Assembly: GCA_963666425.2 (NCBI GenBank)
Contig: OY762825.2
Location: forward strand, 480,001-544,000
Source of the DNA: Bacillota bacterium
GTDB taxonomy: Bacteria; Bacillota; JAAYKD01
Direction: 5' to 3'
DNA: 64,000 nucleotides
Shown here: positions 1-9,681 of the stretch, one piece after another
Position numbering within the stretch: position 1 is the stretch's first letter
Layout of the letters: every line of letters begins with the position of its first letter
Program-made: the position numbers and the translations under genes
The notes under the pieces: model-generated
Databases searched by the model: none
What the model was told of the DNA's origin: nothing
Seen by the model: only the letters and a program-made list of their open reading frames with translations

Positions 1-92
1 CTTCTATCTCCGCCGTCCCTTCGTCCCTTCGTCCCCTCGTCTCCTCTCATTCCTTCTTTCTCCTCCATCTCATCGCCGTTTCTTTTCTCCCT

Positions 93-235
93 CCCTTAAC
101 ACAATATGTACATCACAAAGCACTGTATCCTTGCTGGAATCATCTTCCCGCTGAATACAGTGCTTTTCACATGCCACTCGACAATATTTAAAACCCACAT
201 CAAGCTGTGCCAACACCCCCGTCCCCCTGTAACAT
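93..235. repeat. 143-bp structured direct repeat, copy 1
   Basis: Near-identical gapless copies at 2086-2228 and 3954-4096. Internal 12-bp inverted repeat AAAGCACTGTAT (117-128) / ATACAGTGCTTT (155-166). Ends in TGTGCCAACACCCCCGTCCCCCTG(T/G)AACA. Confidence 0.95.
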
Positions 236-253
236 GCAACGTAATGCACAAAC

Positions 254-282
254 TTGACAAATTCGCTCATTTACGCTATGAT
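254..282 (+). promoter_or_regulatory. sigma70/SigA promoter of ATPase 1
   Basis: TTGACA-17 nt-TATGAT upstream of an AAGGAGG RBS. Confidence 0.75.
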
Positions 283-305
283 CAATGCACAAAGGAGGTA
301 TTCCA

Positions 306-1514
306 ATGGAAAAACTAATTCCCCGCCCTACTTATTTGGAGCAGCTAAAAAACTTTAAAGATAAGCAGTTGATCAAGGTTGTCACCGGTATACGGCGTTG
401 TGGCAAATCCACCTTGTTTGATCTCTATTGTAACTACCTGAAGGAGCAAGGCGTTTTACCGGAACAGATCATCCGCATCAATCTGGAAGACCCGGATCAT
501 CATGATCTTGATGGCTATTTAAAACTGTATAATCTGATCAAAGAGCAACTGATCCCTGAAAAAATGAATTACATCTTTCTCGATGAAGTGCAAAATGTTC
601 CGGAGTTTCAAAAAGCAATTGATGGCTTGTTTATCAAGAAAAACTGCGATGTCTATATCACAGGATCCAATGCCTATCTGCTTTCGGGCGAACTTGCGAC
701 TCTTCTTTCCGGAAGATATGTTGAAATTAAAATGCTTCCCTTATCTTTTTCTGAATTTATTGAAGGAATTGACGACAGCTCTGATCTGATCCTGAAATAT
801 CAACGCTATATTCAAAACGGTTCTTTTCCTTATCTACTGAAACTGGAAAGAAAGCAAGATATCCAAGCCTATTTGGAAGGAATTTATAACACGATTGTTT
901 TGAAGGATATCGCCGCCAGAAAACATATCTCAGACATTAACATGCTGGACAGTGTCATCCGATATATGTTTGATAACATCGGCAACCTCTGTTCTTCAAC
1001 TCAAATTGCCAATACCATGACATCAAAAGGCCGTAAAATCTCCGTCCATACAGTGGAAAGCTATCTTTCTGCTTTGATGGAAAGTTTTGTGCTTTATAAG
1101 ATTGGGCGGTATGATATCAAGGGTAAGCAATATCTTGCTACAGGAGCAAAGTATTATCTTGCCGACATCGGTCTTCGATACTATCTGCTTGGCACGAAAA
1201 AGGCCGACAGAGGACACATCCTCGAAAACGTAGTCTTTCTTGAACTGCTGCGCCGTGGCTATGAAGTGCATATTGGCAAGCTTGGCCAGACTGAGGTAGA
1301 CTTTCTGGCGATCAACAGCACCGGAGAAGAATATTACCAAGTTGCCTATACTGTTTCCGATGAAAACGGAGAAACTCTTACAAGAGAACTTGCTCCCTTG
1401 AATGCGATTAAGGATCACAATCCAAAATATCTGCTGACGATGGATTTTGAACCGCTCACCTCCCATAATGGGATCAAGCAGATCAATGTTTTACAATGGC
1501 TTCTCAAAAACTAG
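306..1514 (+). CDS. AAA_14 + DUF4143 family ATP-binding protein
   Basis: Walker A GIRRCGKS, Walker B IFLDEVQ, ITGSNA motif, C-terminal LEN...EVDF...YYQV (DUF4143-like). The RBS favours ATG at 306. Confidence 0.9.
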   Translation: MEKLIPRPTYLEQLKNFKDKQLIKVVTGIRRCGKSTLFDLYCNYLKEQGVLPEQIIRINLEDPDHHDLDGYLKLYNLIKEQLIPEKMNYIFLDEVQNVPEFQKAIDGLFIKKNCDVYITGSNAYLLSGELATLLSGRYVEIKMLPLSFSEFIEGIDDSSDLILKYQRYIQNGSFPYLLKLERKQDIQAYLEGIYNTIVLKDIAARKHISDINMLDSVIRYMFDNIGNLCSSTQIANTMTSKGRKISVHTVESYLSALMESFVLYKIGRYDIKGKQYLATGAKYYLADIGLRYYLLGTKKADRGHILENVVFLELLRRGYEVHIGKLGQTEVDFLAINSTGEEYYQVAYTVSDENGETLTRELAPLNAIKDHNPKYLLTMDFEPLTSHNGIKQINVLQWLLKN

Positions 1515-1534
1515 ATTTAGGGGAAATTTACCCC

Positions 1535-2085
1535 TTGCCGTCCCCTTGTCTCCACCTCCGTCGTTCCTCTCCCCATCAATTACATTAGCATCTTATCCTT
1601 AACATTGCCCGTCCGTCGTCCTCTGCCCAACAATTACATTAACATCTTATCCTTAACATTGCCCAAATGTAGGGAACGGTCTTGACCGTTCCGCCGTTCT
1701 CCTTCGTTCCTCGTCCCCTCCGTCGCCCTCTGCCCAACAATTACATTGACATCTTATCCTTAACATTGCCCAAATGTAGGGAACGGTCTTGACCGTTCCG
1801 CCGTCCCTTCGTTCTCCTTCGTTCCTCGTCCCCTCCGTCGCCCTTTCCACCCAACAATAACATTAACATCTTATCCTTAACATTGCCCAAATGTAGGGAA
1901 CGGTCTTGACCGTTCCGCCGTTCTCCTTCGTTCCTCGTCCCCTCCGTCGCCCTCTACTCATAAATTGCATTGGCGTATTAGCAACACATTGTCCAAATGT
2001 AGGGAACGGTCTTGACCGTTCCGCCGTTCCTCGTTTCTACCGTTCTGCCGTTCTCCGTCTTCCATCTACCGTCATCCTCACTCAT
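1535..2085 (+). repeat. Tandem GTAG-REP array (4 copies) with pyrimidine-rich spacers
   Basis: GTAGGGAACGGTCTTGACCGTTCCGC at 1669, 1776, 1893 and 1999. The first three are preceded by TTAACATTGCCCAAAT, the fourth by a variant. Confidence 0.92.
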
Positions 2086-2228
2086 CCCTTAACACAATAT
2101 GTACATCACAAAGCACTGTGTCCTCGCTGGAATCATCTTCCCGCTGAATACAGTGCTTTTCACATGCCACTCGACAATATTTAAAACCCACATCAATCTG
2201 TGCCAACACCCCCGTCCCCTTGGAACAT
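2086..2228. repeat. 143-bp structured direct repeat, copy 2
   Basis: Gapless match to 93-235. Confidence 0.95.
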
Positions 2229-2260
2229 CAGTTATATCTTATACAACAGTATATTTTACG

Positions 2261-2289
2261 TTGACCAAAAGATATATCTGTTGTAAAAT
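2261..2289 (+). promoter_or_regulatory. sigma70/SigA promoter of ATPase 2
   Basis: TTGACC-17 nt-TAAAAT, followed by a GGAGGTG RBS. Confidence 0.7.
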
Positions 2290-2319
2290 AACCACAGCAA
2301 GAATACGGAGGTGTTCCGA

Positions 2320-3531
2320 ATGATTAAACGAGAACGATATCTCAGTCAATTACGCGGCTTTATAGATCAGACAGAGGTAGTAAAAATCATCACAGGCATC
2401 CGTCGAAGCGGTAAGTCTGTGATGCTGCAACTAATACAACAAGAACTCCTGGAAAGAGGTGTTCCGAAGAGCAACATCCTCTCTTTTAACTTCGAGGATA
2501 TGACCTTGCGTCAATACAAAGATGCTAACGTTTTGCACGATCACATAAAAGAAAAAATTGAACATTGCACAGGCCGCGCTTATTTGTTTCTTGACGAGGT
2601 TCAGGAAGTTGACAATTGGGAAAGCTGTGTCAATTCTCTGCGTGTAAATTCCGATGTAGACATCTACATTACAGGTTCCAATGCTAAGATGCTTGCCGGA
2701 GAATATGCTACACTCCTGGCAGGGCGGTACATAGAAATTCAAATCTATCCGTTTTCCTTCCAGGAATATTGTATTGCAATCATTGAAAAACAACCCAACC
2801 TTTCTACGGCGGAATGCTTTCAGAAGTATTTGATTACCGGCGGCATGCCCTTTCTGATTGCCCTTGATGCAGACGAAAACACTGCTAAACAATATTTAAG
2901 TGACATTTTTGCGTCTGTTGTGATAAAAGATATTATGAAACGAAACAACTTTCGGGATGTTGATCTTTTGGAACGAATTATCCTGTTTGTGATAGCTAAT
3001 ATTGGCAGAACTTTTTCGGCTACCAGTATTTCAAAATTTCTAAAAAATGATCATCGCAAGGTTGCCCCCGAAACCGTGATCAACTATTTAAAAGCTTGTG
3101 AGCAAGCTTATCTGTTTCATCGTGTCGGTAGGCTTGATCTTGTGGGAAAGAAAATCCTGCAGGTTAATGAGAAATACTATATCTGCGATCACGGTATCCG
3201 CGAAGCTGTATATGGTAATAATCAGCGAGATATTGAGCTAGTGCTCGAAAATATGGTCTTCTTAGAATTGCTGCGTCATGGTTATAAAGTAACCGCAGGC
3301 CGCATAGGCGAAAAAGAGATTGATTTTGTTGCTGATAAAGCAGGCCAGCGTATTTATGTGCAGGTTTGCTATCTGCTTGCTAGTGAAGATACAGTTCAGC
3401 GTGAATTTGGGGTGTTTCGGGACGTTTCGGATAACTTTCCAAAATATGTGGTTTCCTTGGATGAATTCAATTTTAGTCGTGAAGGCATTGAGCATAAAAA
3501 CATCCGCGACTTTCTGCTCATGGAAATGTAG
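2320..3531 (+). CDS. AAA_14 + DUF4143 family ATP-binding protein (divergent paralogue)
   Basis: GIRRSGKS, LFLDEVQ, ITGSNA, LEN...EIDF...YVQV. The stop TAG lies within the GTAG of a REP. Confidence 0.9.
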   Translation: MIKRERYLSQLRGFIDQTEVVKIITGIRRSGKSVMLQLIQQELLERGVPKSNILSFNFEDMTLRQYKDANVLHDHIKEKIEHCTGRAYLFLDEVQEVDNWESCVNSLRVNSDVDIYITGSNAKMLAGEYATLLAGRYIEIQIYPFSFQEYCIAIIEKQPNLSTAECFQKYLITGGMPFLIALDADENTAKQYLSDIFASVVIKDIMKRNNFRDVDLLERIILFVIANIGRTFSATSISKFLKNDHRKVAPETVINYLKACEQAYLFHRVGRLDLVGKKILQVNEKYYICDHGIREAVYGNNQRDIELVLENMVFLELLRHGYKVTAGRIGEKEIDFVADKAGQRIYVQVCYLLASEDTVQREFGVFRDVSDNFPKYVVSLDEFNFSREGIEHKNIRDFLLMEM

Positions 3532-3950
3532 GGAACGGTCTTGACCGTTCCGCCGTCCCCTCATCCCTTCGCCCGTCCCCTCGTCCCCTCGTCCCTTCGC
3601 CCCTTCACTCCTTCACTCCTTCACTCCTCCGTCGTTCCTCTCCCCATCAATTACATTGACATCTTATCCTTAACATTGCCCAAATGTAGGGAACGGTCTT
3701 GAGCGTTCCGCCGTCCCCTCGTCCCCCGTCGCCCTCTCCCCATCAATTACATTAGCATCTTATCCTTAACATTGCCCGTCCGTCGTTCCTCTCCCCAACA
3801 ATTACATTGACATCTTATCCTTAACATTGCCCAAATGTAGGGAACGGTCTTGACCGTTCCGCCATCCCTCGCTTCCACCTCCCTCATCTCCGTCGTCTCC
3901 TCGTCCCCTCGTCCCCTCGTCCCCTCCATCTCATCACTGCTCCTTTGCCC
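3528..3950 (+). repeat. Tandem GTAG-REP array (3 copies) with 7-bp-period CT-rich spacers
   Basis: REPs at 3528, 3686 (one mismatch) and 3837. Confidence 0.92.
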
Positions 3951-3953
3951 TTT

Positions 3954-4096
3954 CCCTTAGCACAATATGTACATCACAAAGCACTATATCCTCGCAGGAA
4001 TCATCTTCCCGCTGAATACAGTGCTTTTCACATGCCACTCGACAATATTTATAACCCACATCAAGCTGTGCCAACACCCCCGTCCCCCTGGAACAC
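3954..4096. repeat. 143-bp structured direct repeat, copy 3
   Basis: Gapless match to 93-235. Confidence 0.95.
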
Positions 4097-4235
4097 ACAT
4101 TTGCGCTCTTGTCAACTTCAAATAATTTAATTGAGTGTCCCAAAAATACTTTTCCAAATCGGCCGCTCCTTCAATTAAACTTTATTCAGTCGTGCACTGT
4201 GCAACCTATTTAATGAAGTGTAAAGGCTATCATTC

Positions 4236-5189
4236 CTATATTGAACGTAGCTTAATAGGCACAAATATGTCAAGCTGCTTATATCCGAGCCCGCGGTTTA
4301 TTTTCTCGCCTACAAGCATGTGGAACATTGTCCTGTGTCCTTCACGTTCGTCAAGTTCAAATCCACTATTGTCGATCCATGCTTTAATCCCTTTATATAC
4401 CCTGCCATTTATATCATCATCACCGTCGATGGATATTGCGTTTGCGTATAGACCACCTTCAAATTCTATTATTTCATAACCGTTTGTATCTTTTTCATTA
4501 ACCCAGTCTTCTATGGCAACATACCATATCCCTCTGCCATTCGGTTCAAAAAACATAAAATCAAGCGGAGAAAATGATATACCTTTTCGTTTTTCGTCAT
4601 ACTCACAAAACCACTTATCAAAGCTTCCTATAACCTCACTTAAATCGTTAAAGCAACCTGATGAAACCATTCTACACTTAGGTATTTCGACAATCCTGAC
4701 TTCTGGTGCCTTTTTAAGCTTCTCTGTAATATTTAAAAGACTGTTAAAGTGCGAAGGATTTCCTTCGTACCCAACGTTAATTATCTGCTGTTCAATTTCC
4801 TTTGCTTTCTCGTATAAAAGTTTAACATCTGAATCCTTCTGAAAATCACTCCTCTGGATTTGTATTATAAATTCTAAGACTATTTTTTTCAGCTCATGCA
4901 GAAGAGCTACTTCATCATCAATATCGGAAACTTTTTTACCCAGAACATTTAAAACCACCTCGGAACCGGAGGCTCGAAAAATTCTCTGAATATCTTTAAT
5001 GCTGATGTTTAACCTACGAAGTATAAGAATCTGCTCCAACCGTTTTATTGAGGCTTCATCGTACATTCTATACGCATAATCATCATTTCTCTGACTGCTT
5101 ATCAATCCCATATCTTCATAATATCGAAGAGTGCGGGCAGTCACATCATACCTGTTTGATACTTCTTTGATTTTTAATAAATCAGGCAT
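4236..5189 (-). CDS. MerR-family regulator with C-terminal GyrI-like effector-binding domain
   Basis: N-terminal LKIKEVS...TARTLRYYEDMGL...YRMY MerR HTH; C-terminal YEIIEFEGGLYA...DIFVPIK. Confidence 0.88.
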   Translation of the reverse strand: MPDLLKIKEVSNRYDVTARTLRYYEDMGLISSQRNDDYAYRMYDEASIKRLEQILILRRLNISIKDIQRIFRASGSEVVLNVLGKKVSDIDDEVALLHELKKIVLEFIIQIQRSDFQKDSDVKLLYEKAKEIEQQIINVGYEGNPSHFNSLLNITEKLKKAPEVRIVEIPKCRMVSSGCFNDLSEVIGSFDKWFCEYDEKRKGISFSPLDFMFFEPNGRGIWYVAIEDWVNEKDTNGYEIIEFEGGLYANAISIDGDDDINGRVYKGIKAWIDNSGFELDEREGHRTMFHMLVGEKINRGLGYKQLDIFVPIKLRSI

Positions 5190-5223
5190 AGTTTGTTTTC
5201 CCCTTTTCGTTTTTATAAACAAT

Positions 5224-5254
5224 ATAATAATTGCTTCCCCAACGGAAGAGTCAA
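5224..5254 (-). promoter_or_regulatory. MerR-type promoter/operator
   Basis: TTGACT-19 nt-TATTAT with dyad CTTCC-GTTGG-GGAAG inside the long spacer, the hallmark of MerR-regulated promoters. Confidence 0.75.
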
Positions 5255-5441
5255 GAGGAAAGAGAAGAAATAGTAATTAATGCTAGACTCGTTGCTTAGA
5301 TGATTGATTGAGTTTGGAAATAATATCCTTGTCATTGTTTTTATATCCGCATCATACATGAGTAATCTCAAATCTCTTTTTACTTCTTCGATATAAACGT
5401 CTGCGCTTTGAATCCGTACTTACTTTCTATATATACCTGTA

Positions 5442-6911
5442 TCATTTTATGGTTACTCTTTCGCATGTCACGTCAAGCGAAAACCAAAAAACATCGTTCT
5501 TTTTTTCTTTTGCCTTATATAATGCAGTATCGGCCAGCTCAATCAACTCAAATTCATTCTTTATGTTGTTCCAAGCAGTAACTCCGCCAATGGAAACAGT
5601 GACTCGAACCCCCGACTTCATCTTTCCGTTATGAAAGTCAAAAGCCTCAATATTTTGCCTGATTTTTTCTGCGATCAATGTCCCTTCGCTTTGGTTAATA
5701 CCGGGCAAAATAATTAGTATTTCTTCTCCGCCGTACCTGCAAACAATGTTCGACGTCTCAACGCTGTTTTTAATCAAGTCGGAAATATTTATTAGGACGT
5801 AATCGCCGCAGGAATGGCCCCACATGTCATTAAATTTTTTGAAATTGTCGATGTCTAACATAAGAGCCGAAATGCTGATGTTAAAATGTTGAGAAGATTT
5901 AAATATTTTTTCGATTAAGGGAAAAGCATATCTTCTGGAAAGCAGCCCGGTCAGTGGATCAGTTTTTGCATCCTTCCCCAAGATAATCAATTTGCGTCGA
6001 ACATCGTAATTAACAATGTTCTGCCTCAGAATTGCAAGTGTAAGCAGAATAATCCCGAAATCTTTTACAGGTTTCATCAGAAACGAAGCATTGGAAAATC
6101 TTATTAAACAATAAAAATAGACTACCAGATAAGCCAAAATCAATCCGTTTATTAATGTTGGGAATATTCTGGATTTTGAACGTTCCTGATACAAATCAAT
6201 TGTAGTATAATCAACATTGGTTTTATTGCTTTTTATTAGTAAGAGAATAATAATAAGCATAACAAATCCAAGTAATTGCAGATAATCCCCAAGTCCATAG
6301 GAGCTTACGGGGAATATAGCTTCAAAAGCAAATAATAAATCACCAATCGTCCAGATTAAGGCACTTACAGTTAATGGAGTAAAAATTATTTCATCGCTTA
6401 ATATATAGACTTTGCTGGTATAAACATAATAGCCTAGCAGCGCAAAATCTAGGATAGGATAAACAATATTTATAGCTTTGTCAAAATCAAAAACGGGAAG
6501 CAAAAGTTGCGTGGAAAGTAAAGAACGGTCAAAATAGTAAAATATTAAATATGAAAAAACAGAAACAATTAAAAAATCTATAGTAGGTAGCTCCCAAGTT
6601 ATAAGTTTTATATTTCCCCCTAGCGTTGGATTTTTTATCAGATTCTTAGTTCTTTGCTTTAAGTATAGAAATATTGAAAAGTAAAATAAACCATAAAAAA
6701 TGGAATCTATGGGTATATTCATGGGTTTGCTAATTATGTCGAAGCACAATGATCCCAGAATATAAAAGATATCTGCTGAAATAAAGTATAAAAATTCTCT
6801 GTCTCTGTCCCTATGATAACGCCATAAGAAAAAGATAAGCGTTAACACGCAGATAAAAAGCGTATAATCCTGTGTAATTAATTTAAGCATTGCTCCGTTC
6901 CTCACTGACAT
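5442..6911 (-). CDS. Membrane-bound GGDEF diguanylate cyclase
   Basis: Many TM segments; DPLTGL, DIDNFKKFND..GH..GD, RYGGEEI, AD.ALY.AK. Confidence 0.92.
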   Translation of the reverse strand: MSVRNGAMLKLITQDYTLFICVLTLIFFLWRYHRDRDREFLYFISADIFYILGSLCFDIISKPMNIPIDSIFYGLFYFSIFLYLKQRTKNLIKNPTLGGNIKLITWELPTIDFLIVSVFSYLIFYYFDRSLLSTQLLLPVFDFDKAINIVYPILDFALLGYYVYTSKVYILSDEIIFTPLTVSALIWTIGDLLFAFEAIFPVSSYGLGDYLQLLGFVMLIIILLLIKSNKTNVDYTTIDLYQERSKSRIFPTLINGLILAYLVVYFYCLIRFSNASFLMKPVKDFGIILLTLAILRQNIVNYDVRRKLIILGKDAKTDPLTGLLSRRYAFPLIEKIFKSSQHFNISISALMLDIDNFKKFNDMWGHSCGDYVLINISDLIKNSVETSNIVCRYGGEEILIILPGINQSEGTLIAEKIRQNIEAFDFHNGKMKSGVRVTVSIGGVTAWNNIKNEFELIELADTALYKAKEKKNDVFWFSLDVTCERVTIK

Positions 6912-6926
6912 CGTAGCTATAATTCG

Positions 6927-6974
6927 AAAAGCAAGGAAGATCGGTATTGACTTTTACCGATCTTCCTGCTTTTT
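6927..6974. terminator. Strong hairpin, bidirectional terminator-like, just upstream of the GGDEF gene
   Basis: AAAAGCAAGGAAGATCGGTA...TACCGATCTTCCTGCTTTT. Confidence 0.6.
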
Positions 6975-7158
6975 GCATGATAATTCACGGTGAAAAGCTC
7001 TCACCATGAGGGTTATTATAGTTTAGTTATATAGATATTATACTCCAAAGGCACTATTCTCCCAACCACTATCTCAAATCATCTTCGGGGACTGCCAAAT
7101 GGTCTATGTAGTTTATGACTTCCTCATAAGTAAGCTTACGTCCCTGTTGCCATTCAAG

Positions 7159-7252
7159 TGAGTACACCGGAGCAGTTGAGCCACCGGTCCGGGAGCCGAG
7201 AACCACTGTCCTGGTGGAGTGAGAGCCATCTTACCGGAAAAAAGAGAGCCAC
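7159..7252. mobile_element. IS21-family-like terminal fragment
   Basis: TGAGTACACCGGAGCAGTTGAGCCACC start with repeated GAGCCA motifs; related fragments at about 16864 and 17213. Confidence 0.55.
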
Positions 7253-7462
7253 TTGTAGGACATATCCTTTATACTGTATTCATGTGTGTTTTGTCAAGAG
7301 GAAATCCCTGAACTTTTCAAGATGAATTCCCAGAAATAATCACGAGCAATCCCGGAAAAAATCATCGAGGTTATTTAACAGATTGACGTATCAAAGCATG
7401 AGTCATCCGGTAGCTTTGACCCTCAAAAATCAAAAGATGACCATGGTGAACCAAACGGTCAA

Positions 7463-7771
7463 TCATGGCAGCGGCCATCTGTCACATCCATAACAAAAAG
7501 TCTCAAACCTGTATTTCTTCCGGCCTCTCGGGTTCCAATTATCAACAATTCTCTCAACAGGCATTCTACAACCCCACATACAACTGCTACACTTACTATC
7601 ATATGTCCTGGCTGCCAGCCTGTAGTGTCCTCTTTCTCTATATACTTCCAGTTCCGGCGGCACCAGTTCCCAGGGCGATGAGGTGTTGCCGCTGGTATTA
7701 TTTCGTCTGATGGAGTTTAAGCTTAGCAACCTTATAGAAATCAACCGCTTCCGTGTTTGCGTCGGTTACTG
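7463..7771 (-). pseudogene. 3' fragment of a hypothetical gene, truncated by the IS66 end
   Basis: About 160 bp near-identical to 9107-9263; CSSCMWGC motif; homology stops at the IS end at 7772. Confidence 0.6.
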
Positions 7772-8110
7772 GGTAAACGTCAAATAACACACACATAGTC
7801 AAACAAGTCAAGAAATGAGATATTACCTCCAAAAGGAGGTGTAGTCATGGAAACAACAAAAACGCAAAAGTGCAAGAAATACACGAATCCAGAAAAGGCC
7901 GAGCTGCTAATTTTGTATCAGTGCAGCGGAATGTCAGCAAAAACATGGTGTGAAGAAAACGGCATTGGCGTCAGCACACTGCAAAAATGGCTGAATCTTG
8001 ACAGAAAGCAAGCAGACACGAAAGTAACGCAACATTGGGCAGCAATTGCGGTATTGCCTAAAGCCGGAGGCCGCACGGTGCTTTTGCAAGCGGGGAAATT
8101 CAGTATTGAG
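7772..8110 (+). mobile_element. IS66-family remnant (left end plus truncated tnpA-like HTH ORF from 7847)
   Basis: GTAAACGTCAAATAACAC terminus; ORF SGMSAKTWCEENGIGVSTLQKW typical of IS66 TnpA; homologous to 16694 onward. Confidence 0.75.
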
Positions 8111-8136
8111 GTGATGTACCGATCGCCCAATCCAAT

Positions 8137-8451
8137 CTATTTCTTCTTACCTAAATTTGCGTAGTACTCCGCTCCTCTAGTTATACCGTGCTGCATATTC
8201 TTTCCTTTCTCTTCTCTGAGCAATTTGTCAATCGCTTCGGCCACTCGTTTACTGTCACCTGTATCAACGGGGTATGATGGGTTTTCCTGTTCTGCAATTT
8301 TTTTGTCATACACCATCCGGACCTTGATTACTGACTGCAAAATGCCATCCCAGTCCTCATCCCCAACAGAAATTTCATATTCCGTGCCACTCGGATACGG
8401 CTTACTTGCCGGAATCGTCAGGCTTTTTCTTGGGAGAAATCTTCTTGCCAT
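8137..8451 (-). CDS. Hypothetical protein
   Basis: 104-aa ORF with a GAGGA RBS. Confidence 0.6.
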   Translation of the reverse strand: MARRFLPRKSLTIPASKPYPSGTEYEISVGDEDWDGILQSVIKVRMVYDKKIAEQENPSYPVDTGDSKRVAEAIDKLLREEKGKNMQHGITRGAEYYANLGKKK

Positions 8452-8508
8452 TCATATCCTCTTTCCTCTCGTCTTCACTGGTGGTCAATTGATCTTCCTC
8501 CCCGTTTT

Positions 8509-8940
8509 TCACACAGTCACCTGTTTCCTTTCGTACAGCCATACCACCAGCATGCCAATGGCGACACCCACCAACACACCAGAAAAATCCAGCCAGACAT
8601 CGCTAATCTGATCTCCGCGGCCGGAGAAGATTTGAATTGTTTCGTCAATCAACGCAGCGAGGAGCCCCAGGTTAAGGGCTGAGAACATACGCTTCCAAGA
8701 AGCTACAAAGAGCAGCGCCATCTCAAAGCCCAGCAGCGAGAACTCAAACAAATGCGCCATCTTGCGCACGGTCGTATCGGTTACCGTTGCTTTGCCGGTC
8801 ACGGCTTGTTGGATTGGCTGAACGACCGTACTTGTTACTGCATGGCTGTTAGCAGATGATTCGGCAACAGACAGTGCCGATTGTCCCCAGATAAAAAGCA
8901 GCGTGAGAAAAATCAGAACGATCAGGATTTTACGCTTCAA
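8509..8940 (-). CDS. VanZ-family membrane protein
   Basis: VRKMAHLFEF, DETIQIF.GR...DVWLD motifs. Confidence 0.88.
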   Translation of the reverse strand: MKRKILIVLIFLTLLFIWGQSALSVAESSANSHAVTSTVVQPIQQAVTGKATVTDTTVRKMAHLFEFSLLGFEMALLFVASWKRMFSALNLGLLAALIDETIQIFSGRGDQISDVWLDFSGVLVGVAIGMLVVWLYERKQVTV

Positions 8941-9099
8941 TCATTTCACGTTCCTCTCTCTTCGTATTTCGTGCAAGTCATGCCTCGCCCCTACATTTCT
9001 CCACGCGCTCCTATTCATCTATATCCCTATGCTCTGTATTTTGCTGGTCAACCCAATCTTCCTCAACATACACCGCCCCGTTCCGACCTTCCACCTTCC

Positions 9100-9482
9100 G
9101 GTTCGGGCCAGCCTGCGGTGTCCTCTTTCTCTATATACTTCCAGTTCCGGCGGCACCAGTTCCCAGGGCGATGAGGTGTTGCCGCTGGTATTATTTCGGC
9201 TGATGAGTTTATGCTTAGCAACCTTATAGAAATCAACCGGTTCCGTGTTTGGGTCGGTTACTGGTAAGCAATCTCCGGAGATAGTGTCGTTGACTTTGAA
9301 TTGATGTTCGGTATGAGCTGCTTTGCCGATGCCGATGGAGAAGTTGGTTTGCTGGTTGTCCAACTCCCCCTCCAATTGAATGGCATAGCCCAAATAAGTA
9401 TGAGAGGCTTCATGAAATGAACGCGTCAGTCTTATTCTTGGCTGGATTTTATAATTCTTCCTTGAAAGGTTGATTTATCCAT
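9100..9482 (-). pseudogene. 5' part of the same hypothetical gene as 7463-7771, frameshifted and truncated
   Basis: AGGAGG RBS and ATG at 9482, early frameshift, overlap with the 7.6-kb fragment. Confidence 0.55.
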
Positions 9483-9554
9483 GTTGGGTTTGCCTCCTGA
9501 TTAAAAAAATATTATGGGGTATTTTTCCTGGTTACATGTTCATGTACAAGAAGT

Positions 9555-9681
9555 AAATAAAAACCGGTTACATTTCTGTAACCGGTTAAGTTGTATGAGA
9601 ATCAGGTGGGGTGACATTCCCACATCTCCAAACAAAGGGTGACGGCTGCCCGTTCCGTCCTCTGATTCTCATTTCCTTCGC
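9555..9681 (-). ncRNA. Candidate small structured RNA or leader
   Basis: Promoter CTGACA-17-TATACT (9716-9688); 11-bp closing stem ATGAGAATCAG/CTGATTCTCAT enclosing two hairpins; terminator at 9562-9587. Confidence 0.45.

Noticed and set aside
93-235. Classical integron attC site
   Set aside because: No clear RYYYAAC...GTTRRRY pair, no IntI, and the cargo genes carry their own promoters. Kept only as an analogy.
1630-2030. CRISPR array (palindromic repeat every 106-117 bp; similar arrays at 3.5 and 41 kb)
   Set aside because: Spacers are low-complexity and similar to each other, repeats occur in both orientations elsewhere, there are no cas genes, and GTAG plus hairpin plus a RAYT identify them as REPs.
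8509-8940. Glycopeptide resistance cluster
   Set aside because: A lone VanZ-family gene, common beside polysaccharide loci; no vanHAX or vanRS.
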